Positions 41,901 through 55,632 of a stretch of 64,000 nucleotides of DNA are shown one piece after another. Numbering within the stretch: the first letter of the stretch is position 1; each line of letters begins with the position of its first letter. Source of the stretch: Paraspadella gotoi (Eukaryota; Animalia; Chaetognatha); NCBI GenBank assembly GCA_051294375.1, contig CM119264.1, forward strand, positions 11,754,392 to 11,818,391, given 5' to 3'. Made by a program: the position numbers and the translations under genes. The notes under the pieces are model-generated. The model saw nothing but the letters and a program-made list of their open reading frames with translations, was not told the origin of the DNA and did not search any database.

Positions 41901-44726
41901 AGACAACAGTGTTTGGAAGTATTGATTTCTTTGGAGTGAATGTATATGTGTCATTTATATCCAGGTTTCTTGTCTTTTAGCAAGGAAATCATTTTAAGGG
42001 CCCTCTATCAGTTTTCCCGCTGTTTATTATGAGATCACCTGGCTTTTGTATCTTTAACTTCTTCAATACTCTTCAGAGCTTTGAAAAGCGTACGGTGAAT
42101 ATACTGATGAGAAGTTTTGGCCGTGAATTTCTATAATTTTCAGTTGGGGAGATTCTGGAACATGAGATTAAAACAGTTCTTCGGTGACTTAATTTGGCTT
42201 TGAGGTTAAACCATTTGCTGGTTTATCTGTCCTGGAAGCCATTGTGTGAATCCCGTTGGCAATTTGAACGAATTTTTAACGACATTAGAAGCCTTTTTGT
42301 TTTGGTCTTGCTCCAACTTATCCAATTACCATATCGTAATTTTGAAATGTAATAACATTTTTACAAACGCTTCCTTTACTATTTCCTTGTAAGCCCCGGA
42401 AAATCACTTATCAGTTTTTCTATCGGGCGTGGAAGTATGTAAAATTTCACGGTTCTTGACTTTCTTCACTTATTCTCGTCACATCTTCCAGTGTTTTCCT
42501 TTTTCCGAAGTGTCCTTTACGTTCCCTTTTTCCGGGCGAGTTGATCTGTTGACTTCGTGATTCTTTGCCTTTTTGTTGGCCATCTCTCGATCTTTTTCTC
42601 TGAGAAGTTAAGGTACAGTTTGATTGATATGCCGGATAGAAATTGATCAAATTAGACTAGATTTTTATATACGAGACCTGCAGGGATTATGTAAAGTGAA
42701 TTGTATATGATCCCTATAGATATAAAGTTATGTATCAGCTTTATTTTCATGCTGCGGGCCTCAAGCCCCCATTTTACGAAAAAGACAGATTTATTTTAAA
42801 GATATTTTATTTTGTAGAAATTATTGATTTTTTTATTTTTCAGTATAGTGTGGAAATAAGTTTCGGAGATATATATAAAAAAAATCAGAAATATTATATA
42901 CGGAGCATACGTTCTCGATTCTGGCTTGGTAGGTCACAGAGAGAGACCGCTGAGAGAGAGAAGAGTAGAATAACTCGGGGTCGAGTTAGAGCCTGATTAA
43001 TAGGGTGTAGTCTCGTTCGACTTCAGGGAAAAAAAACCCGTCACTAGAGAAGCGCCAAAGGATCAGAAAAGGATCACACGAGAATCAGGGGGGAAAAAAA
43101 TCCGGAGCGGTCTCTCGGAAACAGACAGGTCTCTTAGACGCGAGGCGGCGCAGAAGAAAAAGATTCTGCTACAATCCTCGCGATAACGCCTCCTCGCGGC
43201 TCAGATTGAAAAGTCGACAGCCAAAATGTCTGATAACTTTTTTTTTCTTCTTGTTGCTCATGCGAGATAAAACGTGGGCGAAAGGGAGAAAAAAAAAGAA
43301 AAATGACCAAAATCTGGTTGTTTTTTTTTTTCCTTTTTTCTTTATTTCTTTTCTTTTTGTTACGAAAAAAAAGGGAAACGAAATCGGGGATCATTAACTT
43401 CACCTCGAAATCGTTCCTCATAATTCATGATGTCTATAAAAATATGATCCTTCGCCAAAGTGAACGAGAGCGGCGAGGAAATGGGGGGGGAGGGAGACTG
43501 GCTTGAGCTTATTTCTTGGAAAACGAAAAACAAAGGCGAAGACAGTTTGGGAAAACGTAAACAAAGTAGATTTTTTAAAAATATTAAAATTTGTTCTTCA
43601 AGAATTCCTTTCATTCTATCAAAATTCTTTACATATATTTTTGCTAATCCGATAAGTAAGAAAAAATCATATTGGCCTTTAAAATTCTTTTTAAAATGCT
43701 TAGAGAATATAAAACAGCACGAAATAAATAATAAAGAATTTATAAGCTGATTTATAATTTTTAAAATCTTAAGAGTATAGTGATCTCGCCAGACGTTACT
43801 ATCAAAAAATTTTTTGAAAAAATCTGAAAAAAAACCAAATGATTGGTGCGAAAATGAATTATTGATGTAATAATAATTTATTGATTGATGTAATAGTAAT
43901 TTATTAATTAATTAATTAATTAATTAATTATTTATTAATTTATTAATTGATTCATGCGATGATAACCAAAGGATTGATGTAATGATAACCAAATAATAGA
44001 TGCGATGATAGTCATTCATTGATGCAATGATAGTCATTCACTGATGCGATAATAGTGATTTACTAATGCATCTCGTCTATATATATAAAAATTATTCTCT
44101 AAATAAAACATAAATAAATGAGTGTAGGAATATAAAACATAACAATTTAAAAGACCTCAATGATGAGAAGCCATATCGAAATTTTCAGCTTTCTATGGTT
44201 AATTGGTTATACACTTGAGCTATTTTCAATGTTAAAACAGTGTTAAAACGATGACGATGACGATAACGATGACTACGGTCAAAAGAAGCAGAAACAAATT
44301 AACATCTCGCCCGTCTGGAGAGATAAAAAAAATTTCAGAGCAAAAAGCTGAGGTTGCCGCAAAGAAACGAAAAAAGTTATTCAACAAATATGAATTTGAA
44401 ATATTTTTGTTTTAACTCGTGGTTGGAATAAATGTTAGTCGAAATCTTTCGGTAAAAATGACTTCATAACAGCTGTCGGAAAGGGTTTAGCGGGGGAACT
44501 CGGTTGGTATTCAAATAAAAACCAGTTGTGCGAAAATTTACGCGAGAAACCGAATAATCATAATCATCAGTTTACGCCTTTCCTTTTTTTTTGGGGGGGG
44601 GGGGAGGGGGCGGACGATTTTTTATTTCCCAAGAGGACAAATTAAAAAAACAAACTAAAATTCAAAAGCAATTAAAGATGGAACGTTTTCAATTAACAAA
44701 AAAAAATCCTTCGGAGGAATTTTACC

Positions 44727-44809
<83 letters not shown>

Positions 44810-45033
44810 TTTTTCCTTTCTTTTCTCACCTCGATAAGAGGAGAAAAGCGTTGGAATCAGCCATTGTGTTCCCTCCGCTCGGCGTTAAGCGCAGACAGCG
44901 AAAGGAATTTCGGAGCCAAATTCTTGATTTTCCGCCTAATTTGTTTCCTCCTACTTTTTCTCTATTTTTGAGGACGCACAAACATCCGTTTGTGGGATTT
45001 TCGCACACGCGTGTGCCCTAGAGCGTGTTTGCG

Positions 45034-45162
<129 letters not shown>

Positions 45163-45425
45163 AGGGTGGTCTCTCTTCTGGAGCGGGAAGGAAAAGAAGA
45201 TAAAGAACCTTCTTGCGAAAACTTAAAAGAAAGAATGAATTTTTAAGATGAAAGTTGAAGAAGAAAAATTTTTTTTTTTTTCATTTCTCCACATCTTTGC
45301 ACCTGAAATGGAAAGTACGTCCAAAATAAATAAAGCTAGAATATATTTACGCGGGAAAAAAAAATTTCCCTTAGTTTTTTCCATTCCTTCTGAATTGGAA
45401 CCTCCCTTTCTGTCTGTCTCTGTCG

Positions 45426-45521
<96 letters not shown>

Positions 45522-47595
45522 CGTTGGTTTTTGTGCCACTGTTTGTTTTTACTTTCGGTCGCTCTCTTTTTTTATAGCTTTTATCGCTCATAAATGTTTT
45601 CTGCCTTTGATTTAAGGCTAGGCTCGGCAGCTCGTAAAGACTCATTTTTCCTCCTCTTTCTCGCCGCGTTTTTCTTTTCTTTTAAGAATGAATGAGAAGA
45701 AATAGTCACAGACGAAATTTCCTTTTCTTTCCACTTTTTCAAAAAGACACGGCAAATGTAATCCAGTACTTTTGGCTAAAAGAATTATATATTTAAAGTT
45801 TTAAAGCATGTAGTAAATACGCCAGAGAAAAAAAACATTGAGCACAATACTGAAACATTAAGAACTGGACTTTTATGGAATAGTATACAGAAAAAGGTAA
45901 ATAACGTGTTAAAAGTATTTTTTTCATATTAAGCAGCAACGCCATCGTGTTATTTACACAAGATTGTCACAAAAATTAGTGTCATCAAATCACCTCTCAC
46001 TTCCGTTCAACGGGAAACATCAAGCGGTTTCTATGTTTAATATATATATATATATATTCTTCAGGCTTCCGTCACAATTTTTATCATACCGAGATTTCAA
46101 AACCCAAGGGAAGTGATAAGTTCACGAAAAGATCTCAATCCGCGAGTGAAGAACAAAAGGGGCTCAAAATTAAGCTTAGCCCGACGACGAGAGCGGGCTC
46201 GGCGGGCAGGGAAAAGACGGTCTGGGCGCGTCGCCCCTTAATTTGTATGCGAAAGCCGTCGGGCGCGGACGTATAGCTTCGGCGGATAAATTGATTTCAG
46301 TTTTTGTATCTATCGTTAATCTTTTTATCTGGTGGATCTTCGTACTCGCTTTCTCCCCGTTTCCATCGGCGACCCTAACGCGGTTGGCGAGGACACGGCA
46401 GCGTGGCGAGAGGTTGGCGGGAGCGTAGCGCGGGCGTGGCAGGAGTATGACTGGAGCAAGGAGGAGTGTGGCGGGAGCGTTGCGGGAGCGTTGCGGAAGC
46501 CAGACGGAAGCTGGGCGGTGTGTGGCGGTAACGACGGGGAGCGTGGTGGGAATTTTGGAGGAACGAGCAGGTAATGTGACATTAGCATGGCAGAAGAGTG
46601 GTTGGAGTATGACGACTGACGAGTGCTTCTCAGTGGCAGTAGCTCAACGGACATGTTAAGGACGCCGCGTTAAAATCTTCCAAGGCCACCGCGTACGGTC
46701 GCCTAGCAACGTTTTCAGCTTTGCGACGATCACGCGTCGAACTCTACGCCGGGTCGCGTGCGCCGAATCGCGTGCGCCGAATCGCGGGCGCCTTTTCCGC
46801 GGGCCCGGTCGCCGTCGTCGGCACCGCGGCCGGCCCTCGCGCCGCAACCGCCCCCCTTCACGCCGCGAGCTGCCTCCACTAAATCCCCGTTATGTTTGAA
46901 CGCCCAAACCGGGACTTACCTGGTTTTGAATCCGGGAGGCGATTGATATGCATCGTCGAGGGTTCAAGGGAACGGCGCGGGAATTAGGAACGAGGAAAGG
47001 GGGAAGGTAGGAAAGGAGTAGGAGGAAAGGGAAAACGGGAGGAAGTAGGAAAATGGGAAAATCCGACGAAGGTGAGGCATGAAAAAAAAAGGGGGAGTAG
47101 AAAATGGGGAGAGAGAAAAAAAAAACCGAGCGAGTTAAAATGGTTTCCATCGCAATCGAAAATTTCATTGCAAATAATTGCTATTAACGTTTGGCTGAAT
47201 CGCTGTTTTGTTTCTTTAAACAACCAACGTTCGTCAGTCTGCTTTCGGACGATTTCTATAAAATTAATGCTCAGCATGCTAATGAATGTGGAAAATTTTT
47301 TAGAAAAAATAATTCTTGAAGAAAATTAGCGTGAGAATTTAAAGAGAAGAGTAGATTTCTTTTTTTTTTAAATTATTTCGAATCTCTTTGGTCCAAATTA
47401 GAACAGAAAATGGAACAAAAAAATTCACGAAAAATTGAAATTTGTTACGGGAAATAATCCGTTAAGTCGACCTTCTGAATCCCTGGAGTTTTTCTCGGCT
47501 CAAAATCCGAGATCTTCAATCTCCTCTTGATTATAATTTCGCCGTGTTTTTATTTCAAGGTCTCGTTATACACGAGGAACAGAAAAAAAAATAAT

Positions 47596-47655
<60 letters not shown>

Positions 47656-47963
47656 AGGGGAAATACCAATATGAAAAGTATCAGACTCAAAAAAAAAACA
47701 TTATGAATGAATAATTATTTCTACTAAGTTTCAATTTTTTTCTGATATGCAAAGACCGAATATATTCTCAGCTATCTTTTGAATCTAATCCTGCCAGAAT
47801 CATGACTCCGAAAATCTATCTATTTAAAATCAGAGAGAGACTGCGTGAATGATTCAGTGTGTGAACGTATACGGCAGTTCATGAGTGTAAAGAGTAGGTG
47901 ATAGAGAATAAGAGAGAGAAAGTTAGAAAAAAGGGAGAGGGAGAAGAGAGGGGGAAGAAGAGC

Positions 47964-48069
<106 letters not shown>

Positions 48070-49910
48070 TTCCGACTGAGATATAGTGATTTCGCCCTCG
48101 TCGATATTTTGAAAATGCGAGAAGTCGGTTGTGGGCGTCGCCCTCCCCCGCCGAGAGAAGCGCTCCTTCAGATGTCGCCCCCCCAGCCTCGGCCCCTCGT
48201 GCTTCCTCGGGTCCGTTGCTTTGCGGCCTTCTCCAAGATTTTGGAGAAACTGACACCCATTGCTGGATTGCGTCAGCATAGACACCTTGGGAAACTTGCA
48301 CCTGCCTCCCTATTATCATGCCCCAATGCTACAAGGCACTTCTGAACGGCGCCGTCCGGAAAGAGTGCACTTGGACTTGGACATATTCCATTGTCCCTTT
48401 CAGATCTCGCTACTTCCCGCGGCGCAACCATGAAAATCTCTAGCAAGCTCCACCAAGCAGAAAACCCCGTCGGGCAATCGACTCCCCACCCCATTTCCCC
48501 CAAAGGAAATGTCAGACCGCTTCCCTCGCTGGAGTGGAAAAAGGCTTTCTCGTCAAAGCTGGCGCTAATCTCGCATCGATCCTTAATAAAAAGTCCACGA
48601 CGTCCAACCATCCACGCCCATCCCTCTTCCGCCCCCTGGCGACCGGCTCCCCTTGCCAATGAGCCTCCAGTCTTCCAGACGAAACCTCAGAGGGAAACAA
48701 AAGATACGTTATCGATCAAAAACCGCCAAGTTAAAAAACTCGTAACGGCATTTTCAAGATGTCGCGCTCCACAAACTTTCTGTTCACAAGAGATGTCAAA
48801 TTTTCTCTTTGTCCTTTCGAAAAAAAAAGCGTCCAACGAACCATCTCCCAATTTCATCTATCCATCCGATCACATAAAATTATATAAAAAATTTAAATTT
48901 AAAACAACCATTATAATTAACATTAATTCAAAGCCGTCATCGGCGTCGATGAATAATGTATTCCACACTAAATCGTAACGACCATCCATCAAATTCATGG
49001 CGAAAGGACGAGAGAAGTTCTCTTGACCAACGGGGGGAAAAAAGGGAGGGGGAGGGGGGGGGTAAAAAACCCGGAGATTATGCGCGATATGGCGATCCGT
49101 CCACCCCCGAGCTAGTTCATTCCTTCGACCCTCGAATATCTCTAGGTTTTTTTTTTTCTCTGTCTTCATCTCAGAGACTCCTACGTTGATTCTTGACCAG
49201 AAGTTTTCAGTCGCCATCTGTGACTCAGACTCTTTTACCCATGATTCCCGCTACCCAGCTACCCTTCTACCCTTCTACCCCGCTTATAATAATAAATATT
49301 TATTAGCCCCCCATTAATATCCTCGTTTTGGGCCATTTCTTTTTTTCTCTCGCCCAGATTCCATGGTGTCCCATCCAAATGTCCGTTCCGCCATTTTTTA
49401 CCCAATATTTCTCACATCTCCAGTTTTTTTTTTTTCGCGGCAGTTGCACGACCTGGTTGTAAGGATTGAAGCTTGTCCTCACATAATACATACTGATAAA
49501 GGCTTCAATCCGGTCATATATCAATCAAGGACGTTGGGATTAAGTTGCTCGAAATTGTTGTTGTTGTCGTTGTTGTTGTTGTGTTCAATATTGTTTTATC
49601 TATTTAAAACCACCCGAGGTTCATTTTTCCTACACGATAAACCTCTCTTAAATATTTTCAAAGAAAAACGTCAAAATAAGTATTAAGTATTAAGTATTAA
49701 GTATTAAATATTAAGTATTAAGTAAACACGTTTTCATCATCACTTCTGGAAAAAATTCCATCCCATCGATTACCAGAGTCTTATATTCTCTCCCCTGAAT
49801 TTACTATCTGACGACGTCCTTCATCCCCCAATCTCAACCCAATTAGCGCAACAAGATCAAATCAAGTCTTCAACGTTTTAAATCCTATCGATCTGATCGC
49901 GCTTCCTGTA

Positions 49911-49940
49911 CAGCCAATCTCAGCCAATCTCAGCCAATCT
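49911..49940 (+). repeat. (CAGCCAATCT)x3, each unit containing a CCAAT box
   Basis: Three perfect 10-bp units. Confidence 0.9.
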
Positions 49941-52019
49941 CCCGGTCAGTACGCCCGTACCATCCGCTTTTCAAGTCCCCGTTCCATTCGAAAATCTCTG
50001 CCACTCACCTTTTCTCATCCTCTCTTCCACCATCTAACTCTTAACTATCCACCATCCAGCGAATCTCAACTCCCTGCCATCCGTCCATCCTCGGTTCGCC
50101 TTCCGTTTTCCATCGCCACCTCCTCTCATCCCCCACACCTCCCCCTCCTCCTCATCCTCCTCCTCATCCTCCTCCTCACCTCCGCAGCGAAGAGTCCGAG
50201 CGACGACCAGGTTTACTGCCTCCATAAATCGGAATCGCGCGCCGATTCGCGCCTCAATCATCGGCGCGAATAACTCAGGATCAAGCGACGGGGAATCATC
50301 TTGGGCGCGGGAGTGACGACGGGGGGGGCGGAGGATCCGGAGGTGTGGTCTAGGAGAGGTGGTGTCAGTGGCGAAGTCTCTTGGGGATCGAAATGTTAGG
50401 CTATTTCTCTCTTTACTTCTTTTAACGGAGATTGATTCCTGGGTGTTCGACGCGCGATTATTGGTTATGATTAAGAACGGAGCGTGAAAACCGGATGATT
50501 GGTCGGAAATAATCTGTTAGCAGTTGGGACGAGAAAATATGAGATCGCGAATCCGTTCGACCTCGCGCGACAAAACTCTCGGTAATTGCGACAGCGAATG
50601 AGTGGAATCTTGCGCTTCCTTCGAATCCAAGACACGAAGAATGACGCGAGTCGTGAGTGCACGCGAAAGCTTACGTGCGACAGCAAAGCGACGTGCGCGC
50701 ACGAATTCGCCAGAGATGAAGATTTTTTTCTCCCTGCGCGCTCTCTCTCTCTTTCTCTCGCACACACACTCACACCTTCATCGCGTCGTAAAAAGAAGTA
50801 GTGAAAAATTTACTCTCCTTCTCTTTACGAGCTTTATTTTCTTTCTAACTTAAAAAAAAAAGCTAGTTAGCCTAATAAATCACCTGAAATTAGACGAGGG
50901 GGGCGGCTTTTTTTTTTTACCTCGTGGCGTCAAGGTTAATGCCACGTAACCCGGCGCTCGCGGGCGCGGAATACGTAAAGGGGGTAATAAAGGAGAAAGT
51001 CAGGGCCTTTCGATCCAGAATTCAAGATTCGCTTCGAGCGGAACGAATGAGACGGAGTTTATTATTTATATCATTTAGTATTTAGTCGAGAGAGGAAATG
51101 TTATATAGCGATAAAAAATGTAGATTTTTCCTGATCTTCGAGTATAATAAGTAGCGGGAGAGGTTGCCTATAAGCAAAATGTTAATTTTTACGAAAGTTA
51201 AAAGGAGATGATTTTCTTTTTTAGACTTTTGTCCCTTGTATTTCGATCTTCTGTTTTTAGTTTTTTATTTTTGTTTATACTTTTATTTTATATTTTATTC
51301 ATTCTATTTCTCGTCTTTGACTTTTGTCCCATGGCTTTGACACTTCGTCGGCTTTGAAATAAACATTAATCAGGCCATCGAGAAATGGACTGAGATTAAA
51401 AAAATGACAAGAAATCCAAGATGAAGCGCTAATGGATTTTTTTCCTCTATCAATGACTCGACATTTGGTGAATTGACGGATCAGGAAGTTTCAAACATCT
51501 CAACCCCATTTTTTTTCTTTATTCCTCGGTCGTATATTCCCGTCAAATAAATCATTCACTGGCGGCGGCCATTTTCATTACCGCGCAATTTAACAATCCT
51601 CCCATTTTCCTCTGAAGGCTTTTTCACTTTCTTGGACGTCGGTCGTTCCGGTTGTCAAGCGTGACCGCCTCCGACGCTGCCGTCGCCTCCGCCGCTGCCG
51701 TCGCCGCCGCTTCTGCCGTCGCCTCCGCCGCTTCCTCCCTTGTCGCTCAAACCGCCAGCGCAGTCGCTTCTGGTTTTAGCTGCTGTCCTTTCCCCAGCTT
51801 CTGGCCACCCAGCTGTTTCCGCCGTTTCCGAAGGCACCGCCTTCGACCGCCGCCGTCGCTGAAACTGAGCGAAGCGTCGTCTACCTTCGTCCGCTGTCAC
51901 TCTCGTGACTAAAGTCACCGTCACCGCCCTTCACCATCCCTAGACCTCTCCCCCCCACTCCCGACACGTCCCTTTAACCCCCCCCCAACACCTCAATTTA
52001 CGTGAACAAGAAATCTCCA

Positions 52020-52240
52020 TTACGCGCGATCCCAGATTGAGTGCGAGATTACGACGACGCCGCAACATCTGGCGCTCGGGAACTGGCAACCGGCCTCCTT
52101 TTCCCGCGTCGCGATTGGTCGAGCCGCGTCGACGTCGGGTCGTTCCGACGCTCCGATTGGTCGAAGCCTTTTGATCGATGCCGGCCGCGCGGCGGAGCGA
52201 GCGCAGTTTCGTTGCGTCGGTTGATTGGATGCCGCTAATT
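52020..52240. promoter_or_regulatory. CpG-rich promoter-like segment with three ATTGG (CCAAT) boxes and an E2F-like site
   Basis: ATTGG at 52114, 52156 and 52224 (two as identical CGATTGGTCGA); TTTCCCGC at 52100-52107; adjacent (GA)n. Confidence 0.35.
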
Positions 52241-52276
52241 GATTTTCACTTTTAGCGAGAGGGGGAGGGTGAGTGG

Positions 52277-52377
<101 letters not shown>

Positions 52378-52755
52378 GGATGGAAAATTCTTTTTTCCTG
52401 ACAAAGTTCGTTTCTTTTTAATTCAGTCGAGGAAAAATATAAATTAGAAAAGGAAAAAAAAAGGGAAAAAAAAAGGAAATAAAAAGGAGGCATCGTCGAC
52501 GGCGGAGAAATTCCCTCCGGGGAAAAGTCGCTTCATCGCGGATCGAATGGAAGGATGAAAGGATTTCGATGATTGACACGTGATTCCGCTCACGCTTTAA
52601 ATGATTCACTTGTGATTTAGAACAAATTTTGTACTTTTTGATCACGTGATCGTTATAAGAGGTTATAATCGTTATAATCTGTTCCCATAATGGACGTTTT
52701 AACTCTCTTCACTTAAAAGATTAAAAGATCACAAAAATATATATTAAACGTATAA

Positions 52756-52887
52756 ATGAATGAATGAATGAATGAATAAATGAATGAATGAATGAATGAA
52801 TGAATGAATGAATGAATGAATGAATGAATGAATGAATGAATGAATGAATGAATTAATGAATGAATGATTGAATGAATCAATGAATGA
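52756..52887. repeat. (GAAT)n microsatellite
   Basis: Direct observation. Confidence 0.98.
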
Positions 52888-53241
52888 GTAGACAAATTTT
52901 ATATTGATTGTAATTAAATAATAAAAAAAATATATGTTTATCTGCTAATGATAAAAGAGCAGGGAAGTAAAGCTAATTAAAACCGACTAAACTATACAAA
53001 AAGGGCCAAATTACACAAATTTTTCAGCTCGATTTCATCCACGTCTCAGTGGTGACATGGTCCATTTCTATCAGCTGAACGATATCGTTTCCGATACAAA
53101 AAAGCAAAAAAAATGGATATTCATCTTTTCCGCATACAAATTAGTACCGGAGTTTTTCGTAAAATGATGAGAGGAATTATGAAACAGATTAGACGGAAAG
53201 GCGAGAGAGAGAGAGAGAGAAAAGAGAGAGGATGAGAGAGA

Positions 53242-53365
<124 letters not shown>

Positions 53366-54373
53366 AAAGAAAAAATAAAGAAATAAAGAATAAAGGAAAG
53401 AAAGGAAAACAATATATAACATGTTTATAAAGAAATAATAATAAACATTACCCGCAACATTGAAAATGAACTTTATATTAACTTCAATCCCCTACCAAAA
53501 AAAAAAATAAAGGCTGTGACTACCCACAGTTCGCAGTAAAAAAAAAAAACTGGAATTGAATTGGGATTATGAATGAGATAAACGAGGACGATATGATCGA
53601 GAATAACGATGCAAATCGGGCGATGATTATTCGATTGAGGTCAAATTCTTCCACACAATGATGAGGTCGATTCGGAGCGCCATGGGGGGGGATTTGTTTT
53701 TATCAGACACGTGAGCCGGCAGAACGACTGACACTGATGAAAAATGTTACTGCAAGGATGGCTCCGTGGGCGTGTATCCCAGTAACTTCAGTTAACCCGC
53801 ATGTAATTCCAATTGTAAATATACTTTCAATAATATATCTTGATAAGAGTGATGGAGGCCTTAAACCACCAAAGCCTTCCAGAACGTCAGGGCGGCAGAT
53901 TGCTTATTTATTAAATGAATGGAAAATTTTATTTTATTGGTTTGTACCAAATTTCATAAATTAGTATTTACCGCATATTTATTAAGACCGAAATATACGA
54001 AAGGAAATAACAACGAAAGATTGTTTATTTATATATTTTATTTCATGGTAATCAAATAATAAATTGCTAGGTCTCGAGCCTCTTTTCATGTTCAGAAATT
54101 CGATTCCAGCCAGAGGACGGAGTTCCTTATCAGTTCGTCTGATGACTTGAAGTTCCGCCGCAGAAAAAATGTGAGCTTCTGTTTTGACTTGGACGAATAC
54201 AAATGAATACTGATGAGGAGGGGATCGAAGAGGGAGGGGCGAGGGAAGCGTGGGGAGGGGAACGTGGGTGAGAGTTTGGGAGGGGTTTGGGGGGGAACAC
54301 CTGGAATATTGAGAAAAGATCATGGATTGGGCACCCGTTAACCGTTACGTATAAGAGTGGAGCACAGAAATGT

Positions 54374-55068
54374 TTGAGGAGAGGTGAGAAATCCGAGGCT
54401 GGTTCTGATCAAATTTTTGTCTCAAATCTATTAAGTTATATAAAAAATAAAGCATTAAAAGGCCATTCAAATGCACGTAATACGACATGCCATAGTATTA
54501 TTTAATGTTTAAACTGATGGGCTAATTGAGGAACTTTCAAATTTTGAACAGGAAGAGAATGAAAGGATTTGACGAGCACCTCCGCATCCGTCATTGAACT
54601 CAGACTCACCAACGATTGGCATTCCTTGAGAATAGATTCCGCGAGTTGCCCTCTCCGAGAAATAGCCAACTAGGCCAGACGTCCAGAAAGGAGCGCCGAT
54701 TGAGGCAATCGACTCGGTTCCATATCGGGGGCTGTTCGTTTATTGCCCTCCCGTCCCCACTTCTCCNNNNNNNNNNNNNNNNNNNNNNNNNTATTCTCGG
54801 AGGGGCAAACTCGGATCTATTCTCCGAGGGCACATGCCAATCGTTGGTGAGTCTGAGTCAATGACGGATGCGGAGGTCTCGTCAAATCTTTCATTCTTTC
54901 CTGTTCAAATTTGAAAGTTTCCTCAATAGCCCGCATCAGTTTAAACATTAAATATACTATGGCTGTACGTATACGTGTTTGGAAGCTTTTATTGCTTATT
55001 TTTTATTAACGTTAATAGATTTGAGACAAAAATTTGATCAGACCACGCTCGGATTCTCACTCTCCCAA
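54374..55068. repeat. ~280-bp inverted duplication (54374-54664 vs 54792-55068) around a 25-N gap
   Basis: 54792-55068 is the noisy, indel-rich reverse complement of 54374-54664 and lies between two N gaps. Confidence 0.88.
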
Positions 55069-55632
55069 NNNNNNNNNNNNNNNNNNNNNNNNNNNNNNNN
55101 NNNNNNNNNNNNNNNNNNNNNNNNNNNNNNNNNNNNNNNNNNNNNNNNNNNNNNNNNNNNNNNNNNNNNNNNNNNNNNNNNNNNNNNNNNNNNNNNNNNN
55201 NNNNNNNNNNNNNNNNNNNNNNNNNNNNNNNNNNNNNNNNNNNNNNNNNNNNNNNNNNNNNNNNNNNNNNNNNNNNNNNNNNNNNNNNNNNNNNNNNNNN
55301 NNNNNNNNNNNNNNNNNNNNNNNNNNNNNNNNNNNNNNNNNNNNNNNNNNNNNNNNNNNNNNNNNNNNNNNNNNNNNNNNNNNNNNNNNNNNNNNNNNNN
55401 NNNNNNNNNNNNNNNNNNNNNNNNNNNNNNNNNNNNNNNNNNNNNNNNNNNNNNNNNNNNNNNNNNNNNNNNNNNNNNNNNNNNNNNNNNNNNNNNNNNN
55501 NNNNNNNNNNNNNNNNNNNNNNNNNNNNNNNNNNNNNNNNNNNNNNNNNNNNNNNNNNNNNNNNNNNNNNNNNNNNNNNNNNNNNNNNNNNNNNNNNNNN
55601 NNNNNNNNNNNNNNNNNNNNNNNNNNNNNNNN
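55069..55632. other. Assembly gap (other gaps: 3636-3812, 10782-10791, 26751-26760, 54767-54791, 59131-59155)
   Basis: Runs of N. Confidence 1.

Larger units (their letters stand above)
37776..42951 (-). mobile_element. Non-LTR retrotransposon (LINE; jockey/I-group-like, APE+RT, CCHC-type ORF1), apparently full length, heavily frameshifted
   Basis: Manual minus-strand translation across frameshifts gives domains in canonical order: ORF1 'F-V-(I)RGVDPEYNDDEI' (~41850-41895) and Cys/His knuckles (ORF 41331-41642); APE motifs 'LLLDDLNSHNTLLG' (~40460-40505) and 'NVLDIVLT...DDV..(SD)HLPI' (~40255-40350); RT motifs 'YFPDVWKLALIRMIPKSGK' (~39283-39340), 'NY(R)PISLLS' (~39237-39262), 'QSGYRKGRS' (~39127-39152), 'LDYSKAF' (~39020-39042), 'VKFL(G)V.IDKKLTWTFHV' (~38365-38420). 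The 3' end is a short (A)TTCAAA-type repeat running into (TC)n. The 5' boundary is approximate (short GA remnant at 42952-42965). Confidence 0.93.

Noticed and set aside
42941-43116. 11-bp inverted repeat GAGAGACCGCT / AGCGGTCTCTC near the LINE 5' end
   Set aside because: Short, partly GA-derived and without a TSD; likely coincidental.
48100-48980. Overlapping 120-195 aa ORFs in a GC-rich block
   Set aside because: Open on both strands, with no recognisable domain or convincing splice or start context.
51652-51924. Poly-Ala or Gly-rich ORFs resembling a transcription-factor linker
   Set aside because: Consistent with a decayed (GCC)n repeat; no adjacent DNA-binding-domain exon was found.
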